Positions 36,937-49,409 of a DNA stretch of 64,000 nucleotides are shown piece after piece. The notes under the pieces are model-generated. The model was not told the origin of the DNA. It saw only the letters and a list, made by a program, of their open reading frames with translations, and searched no databases. How positions within the stretch are numbered: position 1 is the first letter of the stretch; the number at the start of each line of letters is the position of its first letter. A program made the translations under genes and the position numbers. Location: NCBI GenBank assembly GCA_010015585.1, contig ML975153.1, one strand, 5' to 3'. The DNA is from Eremomyces bilateralis CBS 781.70. Taxonomy: Eukaryota.

Positions 36937-38293
36937 CTATCTAGGTCCATTCCCTGTCGGTTTCGCGGCCCGATGCCTTCCCTTCCGGCCCCCCGACCGC
37001 TTGAACGGAGGTCCCCGTTTCCGCGGCGACCATTGGATCCCCTCGATCGCAAACCCCGCATCCGACGCCGTCAAGTAACTAACAATCCCGCAGTCGACGA
37101 TCGCGAGGATGACGTTGCGATGTCCTTTTTTGAGGCGCTGGTAGAGCGGCATGGATTCCGGCGGGGGTGCGTATGGTGTGGACGCCAGCAGCGAGGAGAG
37201 TTGCGCGAGTGAGGGTACAGTGGTTTCTCGTGCTGACATGACCGCTATCTGGTAGTCGGGAGGGGGAGGGGAGCGTTTGGAGTAGTTGCTGGAGGGCTTG
37301 TAGACGTGGAAGGTGATGCTGAGGGCGTCGGGGTCGGGCGTTTGGTCGGGGTCGAAGTACGGTGGTGTTGGAGTATCGGTGGGTTTGGTGGTGGGGTTGT
37401 GGCTGGGGATGATCCGAAGCAGGTGGAAAATATCGTCTAGCATCTTGTTAGAAATGGTCAGACGATGAATCGGAGATGACGCACCGTATGAGCGATAGAG
37501 GCCTGGCGATACCAACGGGCCGGCGATGCCGCGCTTCTCTAGTGATGCAGCAGCGGATCGCGACCGCCGTTCCGCGAGGAAAGAGAATAGAGAAGTGGTC
37601 CTAGCCGGTGGGCTTGTGGTCGGCCCCTCGACTTGCGCAATACCTGCTCGAATCACGATATACCCCAATCTCTTCAAATGCGCATACACCGAATACATCT
37701 CCATGGTCAACGGCCTCTCGAGTGACTGTCCCATCCCAATGAACACCGAATAAGCCGCCTGCAGGCTCATGGGAACCGTGTCCTCCTCTCCCGCGCCGTG
37801 AGCCCCCTCGTCTCCAGGAAGCAGGTCCGGGGGCCATTGAACATCGAGAGATCCGCGCTCCAGGAGATACAGCGCTTCTTCGGGCGCCAGCCATATCTGG
37901 CCGCCCGTCCACCGCCCCATGGTCATGAAATGCCGGTCGTGCGGCTTCTCCACGAACGCGCCGCATCCCCCGTAGTCCAGGATAGCTTTGGTGCGGTTCT
38001 TCCCCCGGTGGACTCGGGTATAGGACAAGGCGTCTTCCATGGCGGCCCGCGACGCCTCCAGCACGGATGTCTGCATCTGCGTCGCGTCTGGTTCGAAGTC
38101 TTTCTCACCCCGCTTGGGGAGCTTGTGTTGGGAGCCGGCATTGCTGGAGATGTCAGCGCTTATATACGGGAGTGGGGGGAGGAGCGCACAGGAGGTTGGC
38201 TAGAAATCGGAAGTCTTGCGCCTCCTCGGACAGATCGACCTCGACTCCAGGTTGGCCGGAGGGAGGCACGGCGTCTTCATCGATGTCGGCCAT
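36937..38293 (-). CDS. SEN54: tRNA-splicing endonuclease subunit Sen54
   Basis: EEAQDFRFL / LPKRGEKDFEP, WLAPEEALYLLERGSL, MSLQAAY, YAHLKRLGYIV, RLK.G.RNVILAIVD.GIVSYL. Confidence 0.9.
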
Positions 38294-38725
38294 GATTGGA
38301 GAAAGGGAAATTCAAACGATCGAAGGCGATTGATATCGAGATATGATATTGCTGGACATTGCTCGACATCACAGGACTTAGAAGGATCAGTCCCCAGCGC
38401 CATTGAATATCAAACTCTGAGTCAGGGAGGTGGTTTAAAGTGGGGCCTTACGACTCAAGATCAGCAGGTGGTGAGAGGCGCAACTTCCTTCCACCCCACG
38501 AGTCCAGAGCCACAGATGAGTAGACAATTCAGTGACTTCACCGTGCAGTGTGTTCAATAGACCCGCCAGAACCGTTATTGTCCAGTTACCCTTCGCTCTA
38601 ATTCATTATCCCTGTACCTTTAATTCCCTCCAGAACTTATTGATCCCTCCGGCCCTTCCCAGGGCAACCACGACCGAGCCTCAGGTGGAGGGGTACGCAC
38701 ATCAAATCCCCCTACGAAGGCTACC

Positions 38726-39610
38726 ATGGAGGACTTCAACAGTGAAACCGACAGCGACTACACCAGCTACTGGAGAGATTGGGTATGCGACGATCCACCC
38801 CATCCGAGGGCAACAATGCTAACCGCGTCAGTTCATCTCCTCGCGGGGCAACGAGTACTTCTGCGAGATCGACGAGGACTACCTGACCGACCGCTTCAAC
38901 CTCACTGGCCTTAACACCGAAGTCGAATACTATCAATATGCTTTGGATCTGGTCACCGATGTCTTCGACCTTGATTGCGACGACGACATGCGCGAGCGGA
39001 TTGAGAAATCGGCACGGCAGCTCTACGGGCTCGTCCATGCCCGGTACATCGTTACCACGCGGGGTCTAGCGAAAATGGTTTGTGCTGCGCACTCCGTGAG
39101 ACACCGATTTGCTTATATTCTACCTAGGTCGACAAATTCAAGAAAGGCGAGTTCGGGAAGTGCCCGCGCGTGATGTGCGATCAACACCCCCTCCTTCCCA
39201 TGGGTCAGAGCGACATTCCCAACGTCTCCTCGGTCAAGCTCTACTGCGCCAAGTGCGAAGACCTGTACAACCCCAAATCCACCCGGCACGCCGCCGTGGA
39301 CGGCGCCTACTTCGGCACCTCCTTCCACAACATCCTCTTCCAAGTCTTCCCGCAGCTAGTCCCGCTGAAGTCCACGCGACGGTACGAGCCCAAGTCGTTC
39401 GGGTTCCGCGTGCATGCGTATGCGGCGCTGCAGCGGTGGCAGGACGATAAGCGGGATGAGATGCGGATACGGTTGCGGAGAGCAGGGGTGGATTCGGGGT
39501 TTGAGGAGGATGATGATGAGGATTTTGATGAGCCGGACGAGGTGGATATGGATGCGGAGAATCTGGATAATCCCCTGAATGACCCGCGAGTGAATCGAAC
39601 GACTGTCTGA
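38726..39610 (+). CDS. CKB2: Casein kinase II regulatory beta subunit
   Basis: YWRDW / FISSRGNEYFCEIDEDYLTDRFNLTGL, LYGLVHARYI, FGKCPRV.C, VKLYCAKCEDLY, DGAYFGTSF. Confidence 0.93.
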
Positions 39611-39976
39611 AGAACATCAAAATGGACTCTTTTACCTTACAATTGATTCGTCTATACATACGGTTGAGTTTACCGGTCCATTGGATCCGTCATGCCAAAA
39701 CCCGTAGTCTATGTGGCGTCTAATGCATCCTGGACGATTTGATATTGGATGGATCAGTATCGATGTGGCCATGTGGGTGGGCTGTCTGGACTGGGTAGTC
39801 CGGCTGGGCAGGACTCGCCCGCAGATGTCAGAGTGGGGCACACTGAATAGACAGTGAACCCCGCCATCTGATACTGAAGTTTCCACACCAGATTCCAACG
39901 TCCCACTGCCTTCAACTACTTCCAAATAGTTACTTATATGATTAATATCAATTGGTAAACGCCGAATTTTGCCAAC

Positions 39977-40680
39977 ATGTTCAAGAAAGAGTGCGTTTTA
40001 TCTGTAACATAAGAGTGTTGCGACCGTCCAGCTAACCCGCCTGTAGAATCCCTCCTGGGACCAAATCGAAGGTCAAGTCCTCCGTGCAACGCGGCATCCG
40101 AAGCAAAGCGATCGAGACGTATCCACTGCTAGAACCTTACATGGACGAAATCATGCCGAAGAAGGAGCAGCTAGACATGATCAAACTGTACGTGCTGCGC
40201 ATTTTTTCCCCGAGTCTGCCATTCGAAATCTGACACCCGCATGCAAGCCCCGACCGAGTCACTCTATACGCCCTCTCCGCATCGCCCGTCGTCCCGCTGT
40301 TCTGGCAACACATGGACGACCCCCTCATTCCGCACCTCCGTCTCGTGCACCGCTTCCCTGATTGCTTCCACCGAATACGCATCGACCGCGGAGCGATCCG
40401 CTTCGTCCTGTCCGGCGCCGCGCTGATGACCCCCGGCGCGACCTCCCCGGGCGGCCGGCTACCGGAGGCGGACGGCAACGGCGAGGAAGACTACCGATAT
40501 GGAACCGAGGAGCTGGCGCCGGGGACGGTGGTGGTGGTTGAGGCGGAAGGGAAGGAGAATGCATGTATGGTGGGGCAGTTGAAGGTGGGGACGAAGGAGA
40601 TGAAGGCGACGAAGAAGGGCGCGGCGGTGGAGGCAGGGCATTATTTGGGGGATGGGCTGTGGAATTTGCATTTGGATTGA
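39977..40680 (+). CDS. TMA20: Translation machinery-associated PUA-domain protein (MCT-1)
   Basis: MFKK / KSKVKSSVQRGIR, PHLRLVH.FP, DRGAIRFVLSGA.LM.PG.TSPGG, HYLGDGLW. Confidence 0.92.
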
Positions 40681-40886
40681 AGGGGGCGCGATGTGAGGGA
40701 CATGGAGGTTTCGTAAAGTGGAGGGCGCGGGATTCCACGCGTGCATATCACGGACAGGTTCTGTTGCGCGACACGGGTTGCGGCGGTCATGCATGGGTTC
40801 TCGTCGGAGTTCATCACACGGACAATCATGATTGGCCATAGAATATTGTCTTCGACGTTCTGTACCCCGTTACCAACATATCATCA

Positions 40887-42117
40887 TTACCGTCCAGCCC
40901 CGTCCCCGGCGCCGCTTCCACCACCTTGTCCGCCCATAAAGTTGCGTGCCCTAGCCTCATGTTAGCAAGCTGGTTGTGGCCTTCAAAGGTGACTTGAACT
41001 TACATTTCCGCAATGGACGGATCGCTCATCAGGCTCGACAGATCCGGCATGCCACCACCGCCTCCCTGCCCGCCCCCGGATCCGAACTGCTCGGCCATCT
41101 GCCGCAGTCGGGGGTTGTTCAACACGTCGTTCATCGCGTCCGGGTTGCTCATCATGTTCTGCGCCATCTGCCGCATCATGGGATTGTTCATGATGGAACT
41201 GAAATCCGGCATCCCACCGCCGGCGCCACCACCGCCGCCACCACCCAGCATACTAGCTAGACCAGAGAGATCGGGCATCCCCCCCGAACCAGCCCCGCCC
41301 CGCGCGGACGCCCCAAGATCCACACTATCCTCCTCCCCTGCCTCCTCCTCCTCATACCTCCGCTTCGCCGTCTCAAACCCCTTCTTCATCGCCGCGCTCC
41401 CCCCGTTCCCCTCCGCCTCAATCCCCGCCCCGTACGCCTCCATACTCCCCTTCATATCCCCCAGCGCGAACCGCGCCAGCCCCAGCCGGCTCCACGCCTT
41501 GTTGTACTTCGGATCCGCTGCCACCGCCAGCTCCGCGTCCCCCGCCGCCTCCGCGTGCCGGCCCGCGCCGCTGTACGCCGCCGCGCGGTTCGAGAGGTAG
41601 ATGGGATTGGTTGGAGTGATCGCGATGGCCTGCGTGTACAGCTCGATCGCAGTGGGGTAGTCCTTCGCTGCCATGGCCGCGTTGCCCTGTCCCTTGAGCC
41701 GCTCCGCCTCGTCGTTCTTCGCGGTGGGCGTGCTGACGGGGGGGGAGGTGGGCGTGCTCGTGGCCGGGGTGGCGGGGCGCGCCTCGCTAGCCGACGATGC
41801 GCCCGTGGTGCTGGCGGTGCTCTTGCCTTTGAGCTTCTCGTAGACGCCGTAGATGCCGACGAGGGATTGGCCGCCTAGGGCGTCGGCGACGGCGGATTTG
41901 TCCGAGGCGTCGACTTTGAAGGCTTCGGCGATGCAGTTGGAGGCGATTTCGAGGGATTCGGCATCTTCTTGGGCAACGGTGCCGTCGGTGGCGGAGGTGG
42001 AGAGGAAGTCGAGGATGGCGAGGGCGAGGCGCTTCTTGGAAGCGTTGAGAGAGGTGGCCTTTGAAAATGTTAGCATGGGGTGAACTAGCTGAGTTGCGGT
42101 TTATGTCGACCAACCAT
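40887..42117 (-). CDS. SGT2: SGTA-family TPR co-chaperone
   Basis: ATG-only first exon; KKRLALAI.DFL dimerisation domain, three TPRs (AERLK.QGN, YLSNRAAAYS, KAWSRLG), Gly/Met-rich STI1-like tail. Confidence 0.93.
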
Positions 42118-42735
42118 TCTCGATGTAGGTACGTATTGTCTATTTGGGATACGTGGAAGTAGTCTTTATAAAGGAGCGAAATTCCTCACTTGCATGGAAT
42201 ATCAGAATGCTTCTCTACTTGGGGTGTGATGTAGTGGCGTTCAGATGCCCGTGCCCTTAGATTTGACCAGCGCCCAGCGGGCAGCAATGGCTTAGGTTTG
42301 ATGCCTCAGGCAATAAGGCTTTAGATTATGAATGGTTCCCTCATCTGAGTCAGCAGTGCGAGTCTCCCAGTTGTCCAAACAGTCCAATTCTGGTGATCGT
42401 CTTCAACTGCTACTCTGCCAAATACACTGTCACTCTCTCCTCTGCGCGACATTTCATGATGAATATTAATATCTGGTGCTTCTTTAATGCCTGGAAAATT
42501 TAAATCCCCATTCTCTCGAATGTGCCGTCTTTATACTGAGCTTGGAGCGATATGTCTGGGATACTTTTTATAATCCCTCGCTCTGTGCTGCGTCGGATTG
42601 GTAAACCAGCAGCCATTGTCATGAAGAAGTACTGTGAACTGCCAGGTCTTGTGTCTTATATCTGTATCTCCGTGTCATGTCTGCCTCAGATTGTAACGCG
42701 ACTCGCTGTTTCGCTCTCGCTGCTTCTCACTGCCC

Positions 42736-44403
42736 CTATATCTTGCTACGGCTGACAGATGGAGTCTCCGGATCTCGTATGCCCGTCTTATTGTCAGCGA
42801 GCTGCTTCCGAAGAATCTTCGTTTGCGCGTTTCTCGGAAGCACCGTCACCTCATGAACCCCTCCCCTCAGCTTCTTATATCCGCTGACCTTACTGTCCAC
42901 CAGCTGCCGAATCTTTTGGAGGGCCTTGACTTTCTCTTCCCGTGTACGAACGTGCTCCTTGAGAACGACATAGGCAGTGGGAAGCTCGGTCAATTGCTCC
43001 TGGTCCCATACGCTACCCACAGCAGCCTCCGCAATATCCGGATGGGACGTCATGTAGGTCTCGAGTTCCGTGGGGCTGACTTGGAACCCTTTGTATTTGA
43101 CCAATTCCTTGGTTCGGCCAACAACGGACAAATATCCTTCCTTGGAGAACGTGCACACGTCGCCGGTATTGTACCAGCCGTCGCCTTTGAACGCATTCCT
43201 CGTCGCTTCTTCGTTAAAGATGTATCCGGACGTTAGATTGGGTCCTCGAAGCCACATTTCACCCGGTCCGCCTGCGGGCGCATCTTTCGAGCCATTGTCG
43301 GCACGAAGCACGGCTTCTATTCCGGGGAGAAGGTTGCCAAGCTGTCCAAGCGGAACGGTTTGTCGCTGTTTCTGATATACAACAAACGGCGCCGCTTCAG
43401 TCATACCATAGAGCATGATCGTTTTCCAATTGCCTTTGCTTAGTAGCCTCTGGTATGTTGCGTCCTCCACTGGAAGGCCGCCGCAGACCAGGTAGCGCAC
43501 GCTCGAGAAGTCATACCGTTTGGTAACGTCGGAATTCGCCAATGCCAATGCCACCGTTCCCACGGCCTGGGCCGCCGTTGCTTTGTTGTCCTGGACCATC
43601 TTCCCGAACGTTTCCAGATCATATGACGGCATGATGCAGTGGAGGACACCACACCAAGGACCAAGGAAGAGGGGGATCGTCGTGTTTGCGATATGCACGA
43701 AGGGCGTATACGACACGATTCGATCTCCAGCCGTCCAGTGGTCCGGATCGTGCTTGTGGAGCTGCAACACATTCGCCACATAGTTGAAATGCGTCAACGC
43801 CACGCCTTTCGGATTGCCAGTCGTTCCACTAGACAAGTGGATGGATGCGAGCCGGGTTTTCGTGTCCTTATAGTGCGGCACGTCAAGCCTTCCCTCGCCC
43901 AAGAGCCCCTCGACATCCGGATGCGTGGCGGACTTGCCGAGGACGGTGACCAGTTCCGGCACGTCGAAGTCTGCCCCTCCTTTTTCTTGAGCGAGCCGGA
44001 TGGCGTCGAGAACAGTCGGCAGCACCTGACCGTATACGAGGATGACGTGAGGTTTGGAGACGGTGAGGGCATGGGCGATCTCGGCGGCCTTCAGAGCATG
44101 GTTAATGGGACATGCTACTCCGCCAACCCACAGAACCGCGTGGAACAGTTCAATATATTCCACGCAGTTCGGGACAATGATTGCCCAGCGGCTTTGGTCG
44201 GGGGGGTTGAAGCGTTGTTTAAATCCCGAGGCAAAGCGGCCGGCGCGATCTCGCAGTTGTCCGATGCTCAAGGTGCGGCCAGTAAGGCAGTCTCTGGATA
44301 TCAAATGCGATTCGGGGAGATCATTCCGAGCAGATGTATGTAGAAGTTCTGTTAGGTTAAGGTCATTTGGTACGGAAATCGCCTCGGTGGCGTATGTTCG
44401 CAT
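42736..44403 (-). CDS. 4-coumarate:CoA ligase-like acyl-CoA synthetase with PTS1-like terminus
   Basis: SSGTTGNPKG, YGMTE, GWYNTGD, GRTKELVKYKGFQVSPTELE; intronless 555 aa ending RSKI. Confidence 0.9.
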   Translation of the reverse strand: MRTYATEAISVPNDLNLTELLHTSARNDLPESHLISRDCLTGRTLSIGQLRDRAGRFASGFKQRFNPPDQSRWAIIVPNCVEYIELFHAVLWVGGVACPINHALKAAEIAHALTVSKPHVILVYGQVLPTVLDAIRLAQEKGGADFDVPELVTVLGKSATHPDVEGLLGEGRLDVPHYKDTKTRLASIHLSSGTTGNPKGVALTHFNYVANVLQLHKHDPDHWTAGDRIVSYTPFVHIANTTIPLFLGPWCGVLHCIMPSYDLETFGKMVQDNKATAAQAVGTVALALANSDVTKRYDFSSVRYLVCGGLPVEDATYQRLLSKGNWKTIMLYGMTEAAPFVVYQKQRQTVPLGQLGNLLPGIEAVLRADNGSKDAPAGGPGEMWLRGPNLTSGYIFNEEATRNAFKGDGWYNTGDVCTFSKEGYLSVVGRTKELVKYKGFQVSPTELETYMTSHPDIAEAAVGSVWDQEQLTELPTAYVVLKEHVRTREEKVKALQKIRQLVDSKVSGYKKLRGGVHEVTVLPRNAQTKILRKQLADNKTGIRDPETPSVSRSKI

Positions 44404-44699
44404 TATGGGACACTAGGGAGAGTTGCGGTATGTAGAGGCAAGGCACTAGGGTAGTATATCACTATTTTAAATCGATACGAATTCCGACGGGAAATCAATT
44501 GAAATATATCCTTTTATGTTTGTCTATGTAAATTAGCCTTGAGTTCCTTCGTAGTGTTTCCTGGGCGATTCTCCTCAAAGTTACCATCCGGATCCTAGTG
44601 AGGGGCTTCGATCCGAATCCTCGGCCACCTTCACATTCCCGTCCGCCTAAGTTCAGCACCAACGGCTGTCAACGACCAGTTAGACGGCGAGTACACAAG

Positions 44700-45840
44700 A
44701 TGGCGCAGCCCTCCGTAGACGGTGCTCCGTCGAAGTACGCGATTCAAGAAGCCGCTCGGGAAGGGAAAAGTGAGCCGCTTTACCATTTACGATCCCTGCA
44801 TTCAGTTGCTAACGATGACGCCGTAGCAACCGTGGTGGAATCACTGCTTCATGTAAGGCTGCCTGGGATCCGGAATTTATATATCTAGAGAATCCCATCT
44901 GACGTTCCTTGCAAAGGCCAGCCCGAAGCTTGTAAATGCTCACGATGAAGATGACCGACTCGCTCAGCACTGGGCGGCATCGTACAATCACCTGGACATC
45001 CTCCAGCTACTGGTCCAACAAAGTGCATTTGACGTCGACGCACAGGTATGGTGCTTTCCCAAAGCTATTAATCCGTCGTCTTCGGAGTTGTTAGAATTCG
45101 AAACTAATGGAAAAATAGGATGGTTCCGGCTGGACCGCCTTGATGATGGCATCGTCGATCAAAGACGGGGAGGATGCCGTCGAGCTGCTGCTGCAGAGGG
45201 GGGCGGATGTAACCATGACAAGTCCGATATTCCTTTCCTATCTCAAGAGACGATTGAAATTAATGGTCGGGTTCAGATAACAATGGACAGGTTAGCTGCC
45301 AACATCAGTCCCGCGGCGCCCCTAGACCAGAGTACTAACTGCGTGGAAGACCGCTCTCCACTTCACAGCCTCGAAGAACAACCTCGACATCGCCAAGCGG
45401 CTGATCGCGCACAAGGCATCGGCGCGCACTAAAGACAAGCGCGGTCAGCTTCCGCTGCATCGCGCCGCAGCGATCGGTTCACTGCCCATGATCAAACTGC
45501 TCCTGAGCAGTCGAAGTCCCGTGAACGCAACGGATGTGGATGGGCTCACGGCACTGCACCATGGTGAGTCAAGGGAGCGTGCCCGCACTGCGACGGTCGG
45601 GCTAATCAAGATCACAGCGATTTCTGAAGGGCATGGGGAGGCGGCGATGCAGCTGCTCAGAGAAGGGGCGGAGTCGGATAAGAGGGATTTAGGGGGACAG
45701 CTTCCCATTGATCTAGCCCCTGATGGAAAGGTAAGAGGAATGTCGACCGCCGGCTATGAAACCAACTGACACTGAAGTAGATTCGCAACTATATCCTCCA
45801 GAGCGCCGAACGGGAAGGGATAGAGATACAGCAGACGTAA
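44700..45840 (+). CDS. NAS6: Proteasome assembly ankyrin-repeat chaperone (gankyrin)
   Basis: IQEAAREG, D.D.R...HWAASYNH, SGWTALMMASS, LHFTASKNN, QLPLHRAAAIGS, DVDGLTALHH, APDGKIRNYI...AEREG; multi-exon. Confidence 0.85.
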
Positions 45841-45966
45841 ACCTTGCGGCACCTTTCTTGCCACACAATGTATCCAATGACTGACACGTATGCGATCAAA
45901 CACGGAACCATGTCCTAGTGAAATTTGCCTTGCCAGTAAACGCACCTCCTCCAATCTCGAGCGTAT

Positions 45967-48665
45967 TCACTTTTTCATCACCGTACTCTCCGCTAGTTCC
46001 CGCAACATATTTTTCAAATCCACCACATCATTCTCCAATTCCTCCACCCGCTCGCTCTTCTCCCCATACATCTGCAGCGTCGTCTCGTACCGCCGGTCCA
46101 ACCCCTGCAAATCCGCCCCTAGCCTCGCCACCTGCTCTTCCAACCCTCGCGCCTGCTCCGCCTCCCGCATCAGCGCCACCGCCTCCTCCCGCGCCTCATC
46201 GCGTTGGGCGGCGACTCGAGCCAGCTCCTCGCGATGGACCGCCTTCTCCGCTTCCAGGCGCCGCACCGCGGCACTCATCCGCTCGACGAGCTGCACGGAC
46301 GGACCCGCGCCGACGGTGCTGACGGAGAGCATGTCGGCGATCGTGCGGCGCGGGCTGTTGGAGGTCGCCGTGTCGAGACCCTCGTCCGGGTCGATGGTGT
46401 GAATCGACGGAGGTGTTCCCGAGAAGCCGGGGGCTTTGCTGAAGCCGCCGGATGCGCCGTTGACGCCCAGTCCGAATTGCGATAGGGAGGACGGGAAGGA
46501 ATCTTGTCGTTGGGGCGTACCGACCATGTCCGGGGTTAACGACGGGAGAGTCGAAGTGCGCCGGCTCGGGGGTCGGCCAGAGTCCACGGGGACGGACAGG
46601 GGGGCTAGATCGGATGAGATGGCGCGTCCGCTGCGTCGACTGTGCGGGCCGAGGAAGTCGTTTCCGGAAAATTTACGATTCAAGGAGGCGGACGGGGAAT
46701 CGGCTCGAAGGAAGCTATTCTCTTGCGCTGGGCTGGACACCGTCTCCATGCGGATCTTCGAGCGCTCCTCGTCGATCCGGTGTTGCACATCCTGTTCCCA
46801 TGCTTTCTTCTCCCGCTCGAATGCGTCCTTGGCCATACTCAGAGCATTTTCGGCGTCGTCCAGTTGTGATTGAAGCCGCTGGAGCGCGCTGGCAGTGTTT
46901 TCCGCGTCCATTTCGAACGATCGGACCCGCTCATGTGCAGCATCCAACTCCTCTTCCGCGCGTCGGGATTTTATGTTGGCTTCCCGGGCCCGTTTCCTGA
47001 GCTCCCCTTCGCGTCGAGCGACCTCGTCTCGCTCCTTCTCGACGGTAGATAATCTAGCGTTCAACATGTTCTCGATCCCCTGCCAGTTCTCGCGCGCCAC
47101 CGAATATTGGGTTTGCAGCGTCTCGATTTGGCGGAGGAGCTTGACCTGCGAATCACCGTTCTCACTCGACGATACTTCTTCGGACTTCGTTCGGAGAAAT
47201 TCCAGTTTCCCTTCCAAGTTCTGGCGGTTTTAGTGAGGCTCAGGATGTGTACGCTGGAAATTAAACTTACCAATATTTCGGCCTTCAACTCCGACTCTGC
47301 CAGCTTGGTCTTCTCCTGTTGCTGTGATAGTTGCTCCTTGATCCCCTGAATTTCCGAACGGGCCCGATCCTCAGCGAGCTTCTTCTCGATGCTTGCATTC
47401 TCCAACTGATCCGTGAGGTCGACCACCGTCCGTTTTTCAGCTTCCAGCGAGTCGGCGTGCACGCGGCTTTCCGCATCGATCGCACGGTCGTTGGCTTCCG
47501 TGAGCTGCCGTTTCAGGTCCGCTATCGTCAAGGCCGCCGCCTCTCGATCCAATCGCAGCTGATCCACATCCTTCTCCAACCTTCCAAGAACTTTCATCCG
47601 CTCGATCGCCTGCCGCTCATTTACTTCCGCCCGTCGAGCTCTTTCGGTCGCCTCTGAAGCGTTTCGCTCAGTAGCGTCGAGCCTTTTTTTCATCTCCCCT
47701 AGCCTTTTGTCCTGCACCGACGCATCGGCGCGTAATTTCTTGATGGCGGTCATGTGCTGTAACTCCTTCTTCGACAACGTCTGGCCTTCGTCCATGAGAA
47801 GAGCAATCTGTTCTTCCTTCTCAGCCAGTTTTCTGTCGAGAGAGCCTGCCTCCGCCGATTCCTTTGCGTGACGTGCTGCCTCAGCAGCGGATTTGGCGAG
47901 GTATTGTAACTTTGCTTGAAGGGCATCGATTCTTTCTAGATGTGCATGCATTTCTTCTGACCGCTGTCGTGATTCCTCCTCGTACTTTTTCCGGAGCTCT
48001 TCGACATTGTCCTCTCCGTAAGTAAGCGCATGGTCCGCTGCGCCGGCGGTAGCCTCATCCTGAGGAGGTTCCGATATTGCAGGTATCTCGAGGGAGGGCT
48101 TCGCGCTGGGTGAGTCGGTTGATAACCTAGGCAGAGGCTCTTCTGGGACGCTTGGTGCGTTCAAGGACGGATGTGCAGGCTGGATTTCCGATTCCGAAGT
48201 GTCGTGGTCTTTGCCCTTATCCACCACCTCCTGCTGCAATTCCGACAACGTTTCCGATACCCGAGACTCCAAGCTTCCACGTCCAGCATCTGTCGCGATC
48301 CCCGGGCTTTCCACACGGGAAGGTGTTTCGGACGATAGTCGACTTCCTGGTCGTGAACCATCATTGTTCTTGGCCACAGCTTTCGCTAGTCGATCTTGTA
48401 AACGTCCATTTGCTCGGTTACGTGATGAAGATCGCTCTATAACAGTATGTTAGCATGAAGGCACCGTGATCAAGACAACATCCGCGGGCGCACCTTTCTC
48501 TTGACCAGCTGCTGTTGATTTAGCCCTCTTGACTTCTTCGTCTGTCGTCTGGTTTCTTGCCGCAGCCTTTTCATCCTCCGCAAGGATCGAATCGAGCCGT
48601 GACTCTAGCCCTGCGACAGCTCCTGAGAGCAGAGAACTCCAGCCTTTGGGCTTTTGCGATGCCAT
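45967..48665 (-). CDS. SGM1: TMF1/Sgm1 golgin (coiled coil)
   Basis: W.SLLSGAVAGLESRLD.IL; IALLMDEGQ.LSKKE; LLRQIETLQTQY..A.ENWQGIE; GPSVQLVERMSAAVRRLE; L.MYGEKSE.VEELENDV.DLK. Confidence 0.85.
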
Positions 48666-49409
48666 GCCTGCCGAGCGGTGGACGTGTAGACGAGAAGCCT
48701 TCAAATATGTGGCCGTGTGGCCTGTCGGCACAGCACAATGTCCTTGCTGTGACGTCTGCTTCAGGAAAACTTATATCGTGACTTGGAACGCATCGCAGCA
48801 ATCACAGCCAGGTAAGACGTTTGGCAGACTGGAGTCGAGATGAGAATGACGAGGGATTTACTGAACGATGTGGGCTGAATTGGAACTGCTCTGGACTCCC
48901 GCGGCCCGGCATGTACAGGGAGGACAAGAATGTTGTTACGCTTGTAGTTCCCTCCGTTAATCGTTAGACGGTGTACGTAACGTTGTACCCCTTCGATGGT
49001 GCAGTACTGGCTTGACCGGGGATTGGCCGGCCCATCACAAGTCACGAGATTTCGTGTTCTTTGACGTTTAAATTAAACTTTTAAGAGGATGAAGCCATCT
49101 AACCAAATAAGGTTTAGATCGGTGACTGCCCTAGCGAAGGAGATATAAATAACTACATAACATCTAACTAACTTCAGCAGGGCGCAGGCCCCGTTTCTTG
49201 CACTCATTATGCAGCCGTTCCTTCCTTCAACAACGGTCGAAAACAGCAAGACCGTCCATGAACAGTTAACCAACCGTTCAAAAACCGTTAGAAGACTGTT
49301 CAAGAAAAATCTTACCGTTGAAGCAAGTACCTGGCTACTTAACGGTAAAACAAACCATATCTTGCGCCCTGCTGTTAACTTAACTAACTTAACTAACTAA
49401 GTTAACTTA

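Noticed and set aside
44623..44629. GGTGGC Rpn4-like core upstream of NAS6
   Set aside because: A single 6-bp core is too weak to call.
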